Source of the DNA: Bacillota bacterium
Lineage (GTDB): Bacteria; Bacillota; Limnochordia; DTU087
DNA length: 64,000 nucleotides
Assembly: GCA_012798695.1 (NCBI GenBank)
Contig: JAAZMR010000025.1
Location: 7,659-71,658 of the forward strand
Direction of reading: 5' to 3'
Notes under the pieces: model-generated
Seen by the model: the letters and a program-made list of their open reading frames with translations, nothing else
What the model was told of the DNA's origin: nothing
Databases searched by the model: none
Made by a program: the position numbers and the translations under genes
Shown here: positions 1 through 9,955 of the stretch, one piece after another
Layout of the letters: each line of letters starts with the position of its first letter
Numbering within the stretch: position 1 is the stretch's first letter

Positions 1-194
1 AATCGATACTAGCGATTGCATTGATTATTGACCTGTCAATAATCCCATTCGACGGGTATAGGAAAATCCCTACCCCTAAGTCTCATCACCTCGTGGTTCC
101 GACAATACGCATTCTCTCTCACTGCAGCAAAACCGCTCTTCTGTGGTAAACTGATAGTATGCACTCAATAGATGTAGAAATGTGAGGCGACATC

Positions 195-1382
195 ATGCAG
201 CGAATCGAACTCATAGCAGCAGCAACCTTCGGTCTAGAGGCGCTAGTTGCACAGGAACTACGAGACCTCGGCTATTATGACCTAGTGGTAGAAAACGGCA
301 AGGTCACCTTTACCGCCGAACCAACAGCAATCTGCAGAACGAATCTCTGGCTCAGGACGGCTGATCGAGTCAAGCTGAAAATGGGAGAGTTTAAAGCCAC
401 GACCTTTGATCAGCTCTTTGATCATACACAAGCTCTGCCATGGGCAGATTGGATCCCTGAAAATGCCAGATTCCCTGTAGAGGGGAAATCCGTCAAGTCC
501 GAACTCTTTAGTGTCCCAGATTGCCAAGCAATCGTGAAGAAAGCCGTGGTGGAAAGCTTAAAGAAACGGTATCATCGAGACTGGTTCCCTGAGGATGGGC
601 CCTTGTACAAGATCGAAGTAGCGCTTTTGAAGGATATTGCCACAATTACCATAGATACTACTGGGCTGGGCTTACATAAGCGAGGCTATCGGACCCTCAT
701 CGGGCCGGCTCCACTCAAAGAGACTCTAGCGGCTGCCATGATCATGTTGGCCCGCTGGGATCACGACATAGCTCTGATCGATCCCTTTTGTGGATCAGGG
801 ACTATTCCTATTGAAGCAGCTCTCATGGGGCTGAACATAGCACCCGGACTAAATCGATCGTTTGCTAGCGAGCAGTGGCCTCAAGTCCCAAGAGAGCTCT
901 GGGAAGAAGTGAGACAGGAAGCTCGAGAGCTGGCTCGATTTGACCACAACCTGCAAATTATTGGTACTGATATTGATGCAGAGGTGCTCAAGATCGCCAG
1001 GCGCAATGCCGAGGCAGCCGGGCTAACTGAGCTGATTCATTTCCAGGCTGGCCCCATGCACAAGCTGAGCTCCAGAAGGAAATATGGCAAGATTATCTGC
1101 AATCCACCCTATGGTGAAAGGCTCGGGGAAAGAGACAATGTGGCTGAGCTGTATAGAGACATGGGGCGGGTATTTGGCAAGCTCGATACATGGTCATTTT
1201 ATGTATTGACCTCCAATCCTGACTTTGAACAGCTGTTTGGCAGACCCTCTACCAAAAGGCGCAAGCTCTACAATGGCAATATGAAGGTGAATCTCTATCA
1301 GTACTACGGCCCCAGACCACCTAAACCGAAAAGAAACTCCCGGGCAAAGACTTTCAACGATACTAATGAAAGAGGTACATGA
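195..1382 (+). CDS. THUMP-domain class I SAM-dependent RNA methyltransferase (RlmL/YpsC-like, rRNA m2G type)
   Basis: 395 aa. N-terminal THUMP-like region. DPFCGSGT (SAM motif I) and NPPYGERLGE catalytic motif, typical of the RlmL/N6-adenine MTase superfamily. Confidence 0.8.
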   Translation: MQRIELIAAATFGLEALVAQELRDLGYYDLVVENGKVTFTAEPTAICRTNLWLRTADRVKLKMGEFKATTFDQLFDHTQALPWADWIPENARFPVEGKSVKSELFSVPDCQAIVKKAVVESLKKRYHRDWFPEDGPLYKIEVALLKDIATITIDTTGLGLHKRGYRTLIGPAPLKETLAAAMIMLARWDHDIALIDPFCGSGTIPIEAALMGLNIAPGLNRSFASEQWPQVPRELWEEVRQEARELARFDHNLQIIGTDIDAEVLKIARRNAEAAGLTELIHFQAGPMHKLSSRRKYGKIICNPPYGERLGERDNVAELYRDMGRVFGKLDTWSFYVLTSNPDFEQLFGRPSTKRRKLYNGNMKVNLYQYYGPRPPKPKRNSRAKTFNDTNERGT

Positions 1383-1515
1383 GGTGGCCATCTTGCTGTG
1401 CCACCTCTCTTTTTCCATTCGTCTTGACTATGCTGCTGAATGTGATAACCATCTTGTTCAATCCTAGAACCCAAATGCCTCACAAAGCCGGTGAACTCTC
1501 TATACTTGCCAGATC

Positions 1516-3147
1516 CTAGGGCACTCCGTCAGTACTTTCATAGACAATCGGCAACGTAATCTGTACCCTCAAGCCCCTCTCCAATCGTTGTATTACCAAT
1601 CCATATTGCCGACCATACAAATGCTGCAAGCGTTTATGGATATTGGACAAGCCTAAGCCTTTCGCTGTCACATTCCTGCCAGAAGCATCTCCCTCAAGAA
1701 TAAGGTTGATCTCCTGTTCGCGGCGTACGCCAATTCCCGGCCCATCATCCAGCACAGAAATCTTGACCACATTTCCCTCGTCTTGAATATGAACTTCAAT
1801 GTTGACTAAATCCATACTCTTCTCCACGGCGTGGACGAAGCAATTCTCAACAACTGGTTGAATAGTAAACTTGGGTATTTGAGCTCCGAGAAGCTCCTCA
1901 TCGACCTTTAGCGAATATTCAAACCGATCACCGTACCTGCGCTGCTGCAAATAGACATACCGTTGTAAGTATTTTAGCTCCTCTTCCACCGTAACTAAAT
2001 GATTAGGTCTGCTCACCGTATAGCGAAACAGATCAGCCAAAGCGCGCAGCATATCCACTATGTCCCTATTGTTGCTAGTCACGGCCTTGCCTACCATACG
2101 ATCAAGTGTATTGAAAAGGAAGTGAGGGTTAATGTTTGCCTGCAAGGCCCGAAATTCTGCGGAGAGAGCCAATTGCTCCGCTTCTTGTAGTTTACGATAT
2201 GCATTATATAGCGTATAGACAAGCATAGTCGCTACGATTACACTGAGAATAGCTGCAACTAGAGAGCCCCCGGCGATATAGCGTACTGGTTTAAGCACTT
2301 CCTGAGCTGAACGCTCTACAGTGATGATCATACCTACAGATGGTACCCGCAAAAAGACGCCAGCACGCTTCTCATTCCCTCTTTCAAAAAAGGCGAAGCC
2401 CATTTCTTCACGAGGCATATCTATTTGCAGCTGCATTAAGGGGTCATCACAATGATCCGCCAAAACCTCAGACTCTTTCGTATCATAACTGTACGGCCGT
2501 GCCAACAAGTGACCATCTGCTGCATAAAGGGATACAGGGTTCTTGGACCACTCTGAACTCTCCACAAGTGCATGGCCTATATCAACCTCAGCAACAACCA
2601 GCCGGGTTATTTTCGAATTACGAAACGCGAACCTCATCAGAGGTACCATTGTAGATAAGCCATTTTCACCGAGGTAAGGCCTGCCCATGACTGCCTGGCT
2701 TTTGCCCAATGGATATCCTAAGTAACGGAGAGAATCACCCGATAAGTAGGTCTGCCACCATTGCAGCTGATCTAGATAGTCATACCGTGTATCATACGAA
2801 GGAATCAGTTGGCCAGAATCATAAATCATCCAGCTGCGCCCTATACTGGGTACACACTCCTTCAAGTCGTATAGATTCTTTTGTACTACTTCTGAATTAC
2901 CGTCCTTGGCTCCTTGCGAATTGACAATGCCATCCAGCCCAGTGCCTATCTGGTAAAATATCTGTTCGAGCTGCTCTCTATATAACTTGGCCTCCCAAAA
3001 CAAGCCTCTCCTAATCTGCTTGGTCAGGTTTCTGGATACTTGGACATAGATAACAATGCTGCATACGGTAGTTACAACGACAATGAGTATACACGCAACT
3101 AGCCATACTCCTCGCGTCTGCTGCGAGAAGTCCCACCTCTTTTTCAC
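1516..3147 (-). CDS. Two-component sensor histidine kinase, YesM/LytS type (His_kinase + HATPase_c)
   Basis: N-terminal TM helix. NINPHFLFNTLD motif of PF06580-type kinases. C-terminal ATPase G-boxes (LDDGPGI, GLGLSNI). Adjacent to a REC-AraC regulator. Confidence 0.85.
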   Translation of the reverse strand: MKKRWDFSQQTRGVWLVACILIVVVTTVCSIVIYVQVSRNLTKQIRRGLFWEAKLYREQLEQIFYQIGTGLDGIVNSQGAKDGNSEVVQKNLYDLKECVPSIGRSWMIYDSGQLIPSYDTRYDYLDQLQWWQTYLSGDSLRYLGYPLGKSQAVMGRPYLGENGLSTMVPLMRFAFRNSKITRLVVAEVDIGHALVESSEWSKNPVSLYAADGHLLARPYSYDTKESEVLADHCDDPLMQLQIDMPREEMGFAFFERGNEKRAGVFLRVPSVGMIITVERSAQEVLKPVRYIAGGSLVAAILSVIVATMLVYTLYNAYRKLQEAEQLALSAEFRALQANINPHFLFNTLDRMVGKAVTSNNRDIVDMLRALADLFRYTVSRPNHLVTVEEELKYLQRYVYLQQRRYGDRFEYSLKVDEELLGAQIPKFTIQPVVENCFVHAVEKSMDLVNIEVHIQDEGNVVKISVLDDGPGIGVRREQEINLILEGDASGRNVTAKGLGLSNIHKRLQHLYGRQYGLVIQRLERGLRVQITLPIVYESTDGVP

Positions 3148-3216
3148 GTGTCCACCTCATCTAAACCCTGAATACTGCCATCATGGCGATAGTGAAAGAA
3201 AATCGATTAGCAGCCC

Positions 3217-4050
3217 TCACTCAAGCGTAGCTGCTGAATCCCGTCCTACCCGCCTGCTGGCTATTTCCCAGAAGATCTTGCGAAAGCTACCGGGGCTTTG
3301 CCCGGTCTCTCTCCGAAAGACTCTGTTAAAATAGCTCACATCGTTATACCCAACCCGTTGGGCAATGCGCTGTATCTGCAATGAGCTCTGAACAAGGAGC
3401 TCCTTGGCTCTTCGCAACCGGACACTTGTCAGGTATTCCACAAAAGTCTTCTTGCAGTATTTGGCGAATTGTGAGCTTAGGTGCCCGGGGCTGACTGCCA
3501 CATATTCGGCTACCTCAACTAAGGTCAATGGTCCATCATAATGCTCCTCAATATAAGTCTTAGCTTTGATTATGTAGTCTGGAAGAAGGTTCTCTTTTTC
3601 GGGAAACCTGTTATCATATATGTTAGCTTCTAGTGCCATGCGCATCAGGTCTATTTGGGCTTCCTTTTGCCGGTAATGCTCCCGAATTCCCTTCAATACG
3701 TTGACAATATCATCTGGAAAAATCGGTTTCAGAAGATAGTCATACACGTTGAGTCTGATAGCCTGTTGTGCATACTCGAATTCATCATAGCCACTAATTA
3801 GGACGGCATACCCATTCCAACCCATGTTCTGCATTCGACTTAGCATGTGCAAACCATCCAAAACCGGCATTTTGATATCAGTGATGATTACTTCTGGGTT
3901 GATTATGTCCAGGAAGAAAAGTGCTTCTTCGCCACCTAATGCTTTGGCAACCACATGAAACCCTAGATTAGCCTCCTGGATATAATTCTCCAGTGTATCG
4001 AGCACTTCTGGCTCATCGTCAACAATCATGATCTGGTACATTCCAGACAA
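3217..4050 (-). CDS. Response regulator, REC domain + AraC-type HTH (YesN-like)
   Basis: MIVDDEP...ITDIKMP receiver motifs. C-terminal AraC HTH (RIAQRVGYNDVSYFNRVFRRETG). Operonic with the upstream histidine kinase. Confidence 0.85.
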   Translation of the reverse strand: MSGMYQIMIVDDEPEVLDTLENYIQEANLGFHVVAKALGGEEALFFLDIINPEVIITDIKMPVLDGLHMLSRMQNMGWNGYAVLISGYDEFEYAQQAIRLNVYDYLLKPIFPDDIVNVLKGIREHYRQKEAQIDLMRMALEANIYDNRFPEKENLLPDYIIKAKTYIEEHYDGPLTLVEVAEYVAVSPGHLSSQFAKYCKKTFVEYLTSVRLRRAKELLVQSSLQIQRIAQRVGYNDVSYFNRVFRRETGQSPGSFRKIFWEIASRRVGRDSAATLE

Positions 4051-4303
4051 CCTCCATCAGCATCCCGGGCGCTTCTCGCCAAAGAGAGTATCAACTCCAA
4101 CAAGAGCTCCGACTATTGCAGCAAGAAGGTCCTGCGAGAACTCGCGATATCAGAAAAAACTCCAATAAGAACTGAAATCTATACCTATGATAATTTCTGA
4201 TGCACGTGTATACTTAATTGTAGGTGCTTCTATCTCCTGCTTGTCCATGGTGATAGAGTACCACGCAAGGCATTTTTACACAACAAAACGGAGGGGAGAG
4301 AAC

Positions 4304-5581
4304 ATGTCACTCAAAAGAACTGTCAGTATCTTGCTTTTGCTTAGTTTGTTAGTAGTTGGCGCGTTTACTGCTCAAGCCAAAGAGGTCACGACTATTCGCT
4401 ATGCTTTTTGGGGAAATCCGGTAGCAATAGGCGTAGAGCAGGACATTATCGATGCTTTTCATGAGGTCCATCCTGAAATCAAGGTCATCCCTACGGCTGT
4501 CGCTTATGGTGATTACCACACCAAGTTGCTCACACAGATAGCGGGTGGAATGGCTCCTGATGTGATGCGAATTGACTCGTATTTCTTTGCAGACTTCATG
4601 AAAACCGGGGCTGTCCACGATATTACCAATCTGATTGAACGGGACAATATCGATATGGATTTGTATTACGAGGCCGGCCTACTTGATAGTCTATACAACG
4701 GACGATACTATGGCCTACCTTGGGGAACTGCACCTCTGTACATGATCGTCAATATCGACATGTTTGAAGAGGCAGGACTGCCACTTCCAGATCCGGACTG
4801 GGACTGGGATGAGTTCTTGAATATTATCAAAGTACTTAGCAAAGGCGAAGGCACGAAACGTCAATACGGTTTCGGGTTTGAGTCCAACTTGGTAAACCTG
4901 TTCCCATGGATTTGGGGCTCAGGCGCTGACCTCTTTGACGAGAACCGCACTACATTCGCCCTCAATGACCCTAGGGCAGTTGCGGTATTCGACACATTTG
5001 CCAACATGGTAGCTGAGAAACTGATACCAGATCCTGCGAATTTCCTCACCCCAGAAGTACTCAATCGCTGGACAATTAATAATGCTGTTGGCATGCGCAT
5101 GGGATCCGCCCAAGAAATCTTGGCCCTACAACAGGCTGAAGGCTTGCGGTTTATTGTTCTGCCCATGCCTGGCGGTAATGAAGTCAAGAATACCACCGTC
5201 TATAAATCCAATACTGTATCAATTAGCGAATCCAGCAAGAACAAAGAGGCTGCTTGGACTTTCCTCAAGTTCCTCCGTGGCCCCGGATTGGAGGGCGAAA
5301 AACTCTATATGCAGGCTAATAGAATTCCGCCCACCTTTAATGTACCGGAGCTATGGGAGATCTTCGCTGATCCTACCAAGCACCCCAAGAACATAGTGGA
5401 GATGACGCAGCTAATTGCCAGCGAATACGCGCACATACTACCGCTGCGTCCCGGTTGGAACGAGTTCACTGGAATTATCGAACCTGAACTGCAGAAAGTC
5501 TTCGCTGGTCAGGTAGCTGCACAGGAAGCCATGGACAAGATCGCTCCTAGAGTGCAGGAAGTCCTTGACCGAACCGAATAA
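4304..5581 (+). CDS. ABC transporter extracellular solute-binding protein, family 1 (CUT1 sugar/oligosaccharide)
   Basis: Start moved to ATG 4304, preceded by SD GGAGGGGAG; the track ORF starts at 4187. Signal peptide MSLKRTVSILLLLSLLVVGAFTAQA-KE has no lipobox Cys. Followed by two MalFG-type permeases. Confidence 0.8.
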   Translation: MSLKRTVSILLLLSLLVVGAFTAQAKEVTTIRYAFWGNPVAIGVEQDIIDAFHEVHPEIKVIPTAVAYGDYHTKLLTQIAGGMAPDVMRIDSYFFADFMKTGAVHDITNLIERDNIDMDLYYEAGLLDSLYNGRYYGLPWGTAPLYMIVNIDMFEEAGLPLPDPDWDWDEFLNIIKVLSKGEGTKRQYGFGFESNLVNLFPWIWGSGADLFDENRTTFALNDPRAVAVFDTFANMVAEKLIPDPANFLTPEVLNRWTINNAVGMRMGSAQEILALQQAEGLRFIVLPMPGGNEVKNTTVYKSNTVSISESSKNKEAAWTFLKFLRGPGLEGEKLYMQANRIPPTFNVPELWEIFADPTKHPKNIVEMTQLIASEYAHILPLRPGWNEFTGIIEPELQKVFAGQVAAQEAMDKIAPRVQEVLDRTE

Positions 5582-5664
5582 TAACTCCAAACCAGCATGA
5601 CCCATTTGCTAACAAAAGGGTAGGCAACTATCCTTTTGTTAGCAATCTTTCTGGAGGTGATTTA

Positions 5665-6546
5665 GTGAGTAGAAATAAGCTTGATCGCAAAGAGGCTGCG
5701 GCTGGATATCTTTTTCTAGCTCCCAATATGATTGGTTTTCTGGTGTTTATGGTGTTCCCTTTGGTGGGTTCGTTAGTGCTAAGCTTTTACCGCTGGAATC
5801 TCATCCAGTCGCCTGAATTTGCGGGACTGGATAACTATCGCCAGTTGCTTAAGAACCCTCTCTTTTGGCAATCACTCAAGAACACAGCGTATTTTTCGTT
5901 TGTGGGTGTGCCTCTGCAGATAATACTTGGGCTGTTTTTGGCCATACTGCTTTACAATAACATCAAAGGAACGGAGTTTTTTCGTACCGTTTATTTCCTG
6001 CCAGTGGTAAGCTCGACTGTAGCAGTTTCCCTCATGTGGCAGTGGCTATTTGATTCTCATACTGGACTCCTAAACTATGTCCTCGGCTGGTTTAATCTTG
6101 GCCCGGTACCTTGGTTAACATCTCCACACTGGGCTATGCCCAGTGTCATTTTAGTCGCTCTCTGGAAAGGGATCGGCTATAACATGGTCATTTTCCTGGC
6201 CGCCCTAAAAGGTGTTCCCGAGCATCTCTATGAAAGTGCTCGTATTGACGGAGCTAACCGATGGCATCAATTCTGGAACATAACTTTTCCTATGATATCT
6301 CCCAGCACCTTTTTCGTTACGATCACATCAGTTATCAATTCCTTCCAAGTATTCGATGTGACCACGGTGTTGACTGCAGGGGGACCAGGAAACGCAACAA
6401 ATACTCTCGTAATGATGATCTATCAATATGCTTTCGAGTTCTTCCGCATGGGCTATGCCTCTGCAATTGCTTACGTGCTTTTCGGCATCGTACTCATTTT
6501 CACTCTTATCCAATTGTATGCTTCTAAGAAATGGGTGCATTACTAG
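5665..6546 (+). CDS. ABC sugar permease (MalF/LplB-type inner-membrane component)
   Basis: 293 aa, multi-TM. EAA-loop region (ESARIDGANRWHQFWNITFP). GTG start 4 nt after GGAGGTGA. Confidence 0.85.
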   Translation: MSRNKLDRKEAAAGYLFLAPNMIGFLVFMVFPLVGSLVLSFYRWNLIQSPEFAGLDNYRQLLKNPLFWQSLKNTAYFSFVGVPLQIILGLFLAILLYNNIKGTEFFRTVYFLPVVSSTVAVSLMWQWLFDSHTGLLNYVLGWFNLGPVPWLTSPHWAMPSVILVALWKGIGYNMVIFLAALKGVPEHLYESARIDGANRWHQFWNITFPMISPSTFFVTITSVINSFQVFDVTTVLTAGGPGNATNTLVMMIYQYAFEFFRMGYASAIAYVLFGIVLIFTLIQLYASKKWVHY

Positions 6547-6575
6547 GATGTATTTTCAAAAGGGAGTGACCCCAA

Positions 6576-7442
6576 TTGACTCAAGGAACGGCTAATCCAT
6601 CAGCTGTGGCACCTAGGAAGAAACCATTCCCTTGGTTCCAAGTCTGTTCATACTGCATCTTGGCACTCGGTGGCATAATAATGGTTCTACCTTTCCTGTG
6701 GACTGTATCGGCTTCATTTAAGACATATAGTGATTTATTCTATAATCCATACAGACTCATTCCCACTGAATGGACTTGGACCAACTACGTGGAAGTATTT
6801 CAGCAGGTGCCTTTCCATCTCTATTTTTTCAACACCATCAAGATTACGGCTATATCGACACTAGGTGTATTGGTGACATCTGCCCTAGCTGCTTACGCTT
6901 TTGCCCGCTTACAGTTTCCGGGTCGAGATTTTATCTTTATGGGGTACTTAGCTACTCTGATGATCCCCAGGCAGATCACCCTTGTTCCCACCTTCATCTT
7001 GATGCGATCATTGGAACTGCTGGATACTCACGCATCCCTCATTTTACCGGGTTTGTTTAGCGCCTATGGTACTTTCCTCTTGAGACAGTTTTTCCTGACT
7101 ATACCCAGGGAGTTAGAGGAAGCGGCCACGATAGATGGCTGCGGCTATATCAGGCGATTTACTACCGTCATATTGCCCCTATCAAAGCCGGCTCTTGCTA
7201 CTCTAGGGATTTTCATCATGATGCAGGTATGGAATGACTTTCTCTATCCCATGGTATTTATCCAGAGCGACGAATTGCGAACTCTTACCCTGGGGCTATC
7301 AATATTTAGGGGAGATGTGGACATTCAGTGGAACCTGCTCATGGCCGCAACGACTCTCTCAATCGTACCAATGGTCATTGCCTTTCTCTCAGCCCAGCGC
7401 TTCTTTGTCGAGGGCATTGCCCTAACTGGTCTTAAAGGCTAG
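6576..7442 (+). CDS. ABC sugar permease (MalG/LplC-type inner-membrane component)
   Basis: 288 aa, multi-TM. EAA motif (EEAATIDGCGYIRRFTTVILPLSKP). TTG start after AAAGGGAG. Confidence 0.85.
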   Translation: MTQGTANPSAVAPRKKPFPWFQVCSYCILALGGIIMVLPFLWTVSASFKTYSDLFYNPYRLIPTEWTWTNYVEVFQQVPFHLYFFNTIKITAISTLGVLVTSALAAYAFARLQFPGRDFIFMGYLATLMIPRQITLVPTFILMRSLELLDTHASLILPGLFSAYGTFLLRQFFLTIPRELEEAATIDGCGYIRRFTTVILPLSKPALATLGIFIMMQVWNDFLYPMVFIQSDELRTLTLGLSIFRGDVDIQWNLLMAATTLSIVPMVIAFLSAQRFFVEGIALTGLKG

Positions 7443-7526
7443 GCCAACAAAAGAGAGACATGTTTGGGAGAGCTTCCCGACAGCGAGCTTGTGACTAGTC
7501 GAACTTCAAAACAGAAATCAAATAAG

Positions 7527-7566
7527 AGAATCCCCACCATGCATGACGCGGTGGGGATTCTTTTAT
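7527..7566. terminator. Bidirectional rho-independent terminator hairpin between convergent operons
   Basis: AGAATCCCCACC-N11-GGTGGGGATTCT 12-bp stem, followed by TTTT on + and a U-rich tract on -. Sits between the permease stop (7442, +) and the binding-protein stop (7596, -). Confidence 0.55.
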
Positions 7567-7595
7567 GCCTGTCTCATCAGAGCCTAATCTCTCGG

Positions 7596-9491
7596 TTATT
7601 TCTTCTGCACCTTATAATACTGCTCACACCAGGTGTTGGCCGGTGTCTTCTGAAGCCAGTCTGAGACGGCTACTTCCGGTACATTACGCATCTCATCCGT
7701 GACAATGACAATGTGGGGCATGTCACCGACAACCCCGGTAAACCACTGCTCGGAATTACACAAGTATACCAGTCTCTTCATTAGAGTAACAATTTCTTCG
7801 TCAGAGCCTGCATCCAGCACCTGCTTATAGGTCTCATAGCCCTCGAGCATAGGCCCTTCAGGGGGAGCCTCACCTCGGACACCTTCGGTCTGCAGCCACA
7901 GCACCCAAGGAGTAGTTATAGCTTGGCCACGACCAGGCATTAGGAAGACCGGGTCTACGTCTGGGGTAAGGCCGCGATCACTCGTCCAAACCGCGTAGTC
8001 GAAGTCGTCTGCAGCAGAACGCTCTTCAAAGAGAGTCCGCTCAACCACATTGACTACAGTACGAACACCTATCTGAGACCAGTAGTCGACAACCATCTCA
8101 GAGACTCTTGCCCAGTTGCCGAATACCGGTGAATGAATAATCGTCACGGTGAATTTCTCACCATTAGGCAGCATTCTATATCCGTCACTATCCCGTTTGG
8201 TCATGCCTATCTCATCAAGTAGGCGATTGCTCTCAGCTGTATCTCGAACAGCATAGACCTGATCTACACCTTCCTCGTAGAAGGGCGATACAGGAATGAC
8301 ACCCGCCTGACGACCTCGTCCTAGGCCAAGATAGACAAGATTGTTGATCTCATCTCTGTCAATGGCCAGGGACAAAGCCCGCCTAAATCTGGCATCACGA
8401 AATACTTCTCGTTTAGCCGGATCTTTGTGGAAGTAGTTCGGATACAGCATGTAGTTGCTGGCTTCGGCTGACAGCCACTGCAATATACGGAAACCGTATT
8501 TCCCCGCGTTTTCGGCAAAAACTGGCAAATTGTCGATTAGCATGTGGCGAAGCTGCATGTCCACTTCTCCGGTAGCAGCTTTCAGGTTTAGAATTTCGAG
8601 ATTGTCCACGATGGCATGATGCATTTCATAGAGATATGGCAGCTGGTTCCCAGCAGTATCTACTTTCCAGTAATACGGATTGTGCAAGGCTACCTGGGTC
8701 GTTGCAGGTGGAGGCACACTCGTTTTCCATGCAGAAATCACAGGGACATCTGCGCTCCGGGTTGGTTCTCTTCGATCCTCAAACAGCTGGAACCATGCTT
8801 CTCTCTGCTCTTTCTTAGCCATTTCAGTCAGCTTATCAATATCCGCAAAGTCGGGATGGAACTGACTGAGATAGTGTTTGGGGTATTTTGTCATTGCTTC
8901 GCCCTGGTAAGCCAGCATACGTAAGAACAGGCGATAGGGCTTAGAGAACTCCCATTGAATCGTATAATCATCTACGACTCTAAAATCGGCCAACTTGCCG
9001 CCCCGGCATAACCACATGGGTGCAACCGGAGTGAGATCTTCGTTCAGGATAACCTGATTCCACCAGAACTCAAAATCAGCTGCGGTAAACGGATGGCCAT
9101 CTGACCACTTCATGCCTTCTCGCAGATAGAAAGTGAAAACCCGGTTATCTTCGCTAACATCCCAGGATTTGGCGACATTGGGCATTACATCTGAACCATC
9201 AGCATTCCACCGTACCAATGCTTCCATAGTCAATCTGGAGCCCACTGCTGTCTGCACATCTCCTGGACTATTGGCAACACGACGCCAAATGCCACCATAT
9301 TGCCCTACTTCGTCAACAGGGGTCACAACTAGTGGTTCCTTAGGCAAACGTTCTTCTACTGGTGGCAACTTGCCTTCTGCAACAAGTTTGCCAAATGCCG
9401 GCGCTTCGTTGTATTTGGCTGCTGCCATAGAAGAAAATGCCAGAGTCAGTGCCACCGCGAACACAAGCATTAGTTTGGCTTTCGCCCTCAT
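7596..9491 (-). CDS. ABC transporter substrate-binding protein, family 5 (Opp/Dpp-type; paralog B, long ~630 aa form)
   Basis: 631 aa. SPase-I-type signal peptide (FSSMAAA-KY, no Cys). Family-5 SBP architecture. ~88% identical to the 11415..13301 product. SD GGAGGT before ATG. Confidence 0.85.
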   Translation of the reverse strand: MRAKAKLMLVFAVALTLAFSSMAAAKYNEAPAFGKLVAEGKLPPVEERLPKEPLVVTPVDEVGQYGGIWRRVANSPGDVQTAVGSRLTMEALVRWNADGSDVMPNVAKSWDVSEDNRVFTFYLREGMKWSDGHPFTAADFEFWWNQVILNEDLTPVAPMWLCRGGKLADFRVVDDYTIQWEFSKPYRLFLRMLAYQGEAMTKYPKHYLSQFHPDFADIDKLTEMAKKEQREAWFQLFEDRREPTRSADVPVISAWKTSVPPPATTQVALHNPYYWKVDTAGNQLPYLYEMHHAIVDNLEILNLKAATGEVDMQLRHMLIDNLPVFAENAGKYGFRILQWLSAEASNYMLYPNYFHKDPAKREVFRDARFRRALSLAIDRDEINNLVYLGLGRGRQAGVIPVSPFYEEGVDQVYAVRDTAESNRLLDEIGMTKRDSDGYRMLPNGEKFTVTIIHSPVFGNWARVSEMVVDYWSQIGVRTVVNVVERTLFEERSAADDFDYAVWTSDRGLTPDVDPVFLMPGRGQAITTPWVLWLQTEGVRGEAPPEGPMLEGYETYKQVLDAGSDEEIVTLMKRLVYLCNSEQWFTGVVGDMPHIVIVTDEMRNVPEVAVSDWLQKTPANTWCEQYYKVQKK

Positions 9492-9844
9492 CTTGGATTA
9501 CCTCCTACCTAAAGTATGATCTCAATTATCTCCAGCCTCACCAATAGTCTTCTATGTGGCAATCACCCCTTTTCTGTTGTTTGTATGCAACCCTATCCAC
9601 CCTTTGCAGTTTCGTAAATATGCAGTATCCGTTCTGCGTCTATTGGCGCTGTTTGCTCCTTTTGTCCTCCTTTGTCATTCTGGTACAATCTTCGCTAGTT
9701 GGATAGGCTTTCCTTCTCGCTTTTGCGCTTTTTGGTATATTACTCCACCTTTGTCCGTCTTTGCAATAGTCTAGGATTTCATCTAAGAGCTGGTTCGCCT
9801 AAGGTCATACTCCTTGACACTATACATTTGGGTGAGACGCAAAT

Positions 9845-9877
9845 AGATAATCCCCACCGTGACGGTGGGGATTATCT
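9845..9877 (-). terminator. Perfect palindromic hairpin downstream of the URO-D-family gene (putative terminator / repeat element)
   Basis: AGATAATCCCCACCG-TGA-CGGTGGGGATTATCT, 15-bp perfect stem. The stem core AATCCCCACC/GGTGGGGATT is shared with the 7527..7561 hairpin. Weak U-tract (ATTTG) on the minus strand. Confidence 0.45.
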
Positions 9878-9955
9878 AAGACCGAGATTAGGTTTATTCT
9901 GATTACAGGTAAAAAAAGTTAGCAGATACGTTCCTGAGTGGGTGTGGATATGAAG

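Noticed and set aside
4051-4303. Searched the sugar-transporter promoter region and the opp leader for a catabolite-responsive element (cre, TGWAANCGNTNWCA) and for an obvious YesN/AraC direct repeat.
   Set aside because: No sequence matches the cre consensus at the critical central CG. Only a short ACACGTGT-like palindrome is present, which is too weak to call.
9133-9519. 128-aa and 130-aa + strand ORFs (9133..9519 and 12949..13341) with near-identical sequences; possible conserved small proteins.
   Set aside because: Both lie entirely antisense within the duplicated SBP genes. Their similarity is explained by the DNA duplication, and they have no RBS. They are shadow ORFs.
9556-9902. Small hydrophobic + strand ORFs (72 aa and 67 aa) in the SBP-B/URO-D intergenic region; candidate small membrane peptides.
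   Set aside because: No SD, and pyrimidine-rich low-complexity coding (Phe/Leu/Pro/Cys). More parsimonious as the complement of a purine-rich 5' UTR. Kept only as an RNA-level observation in the findings.
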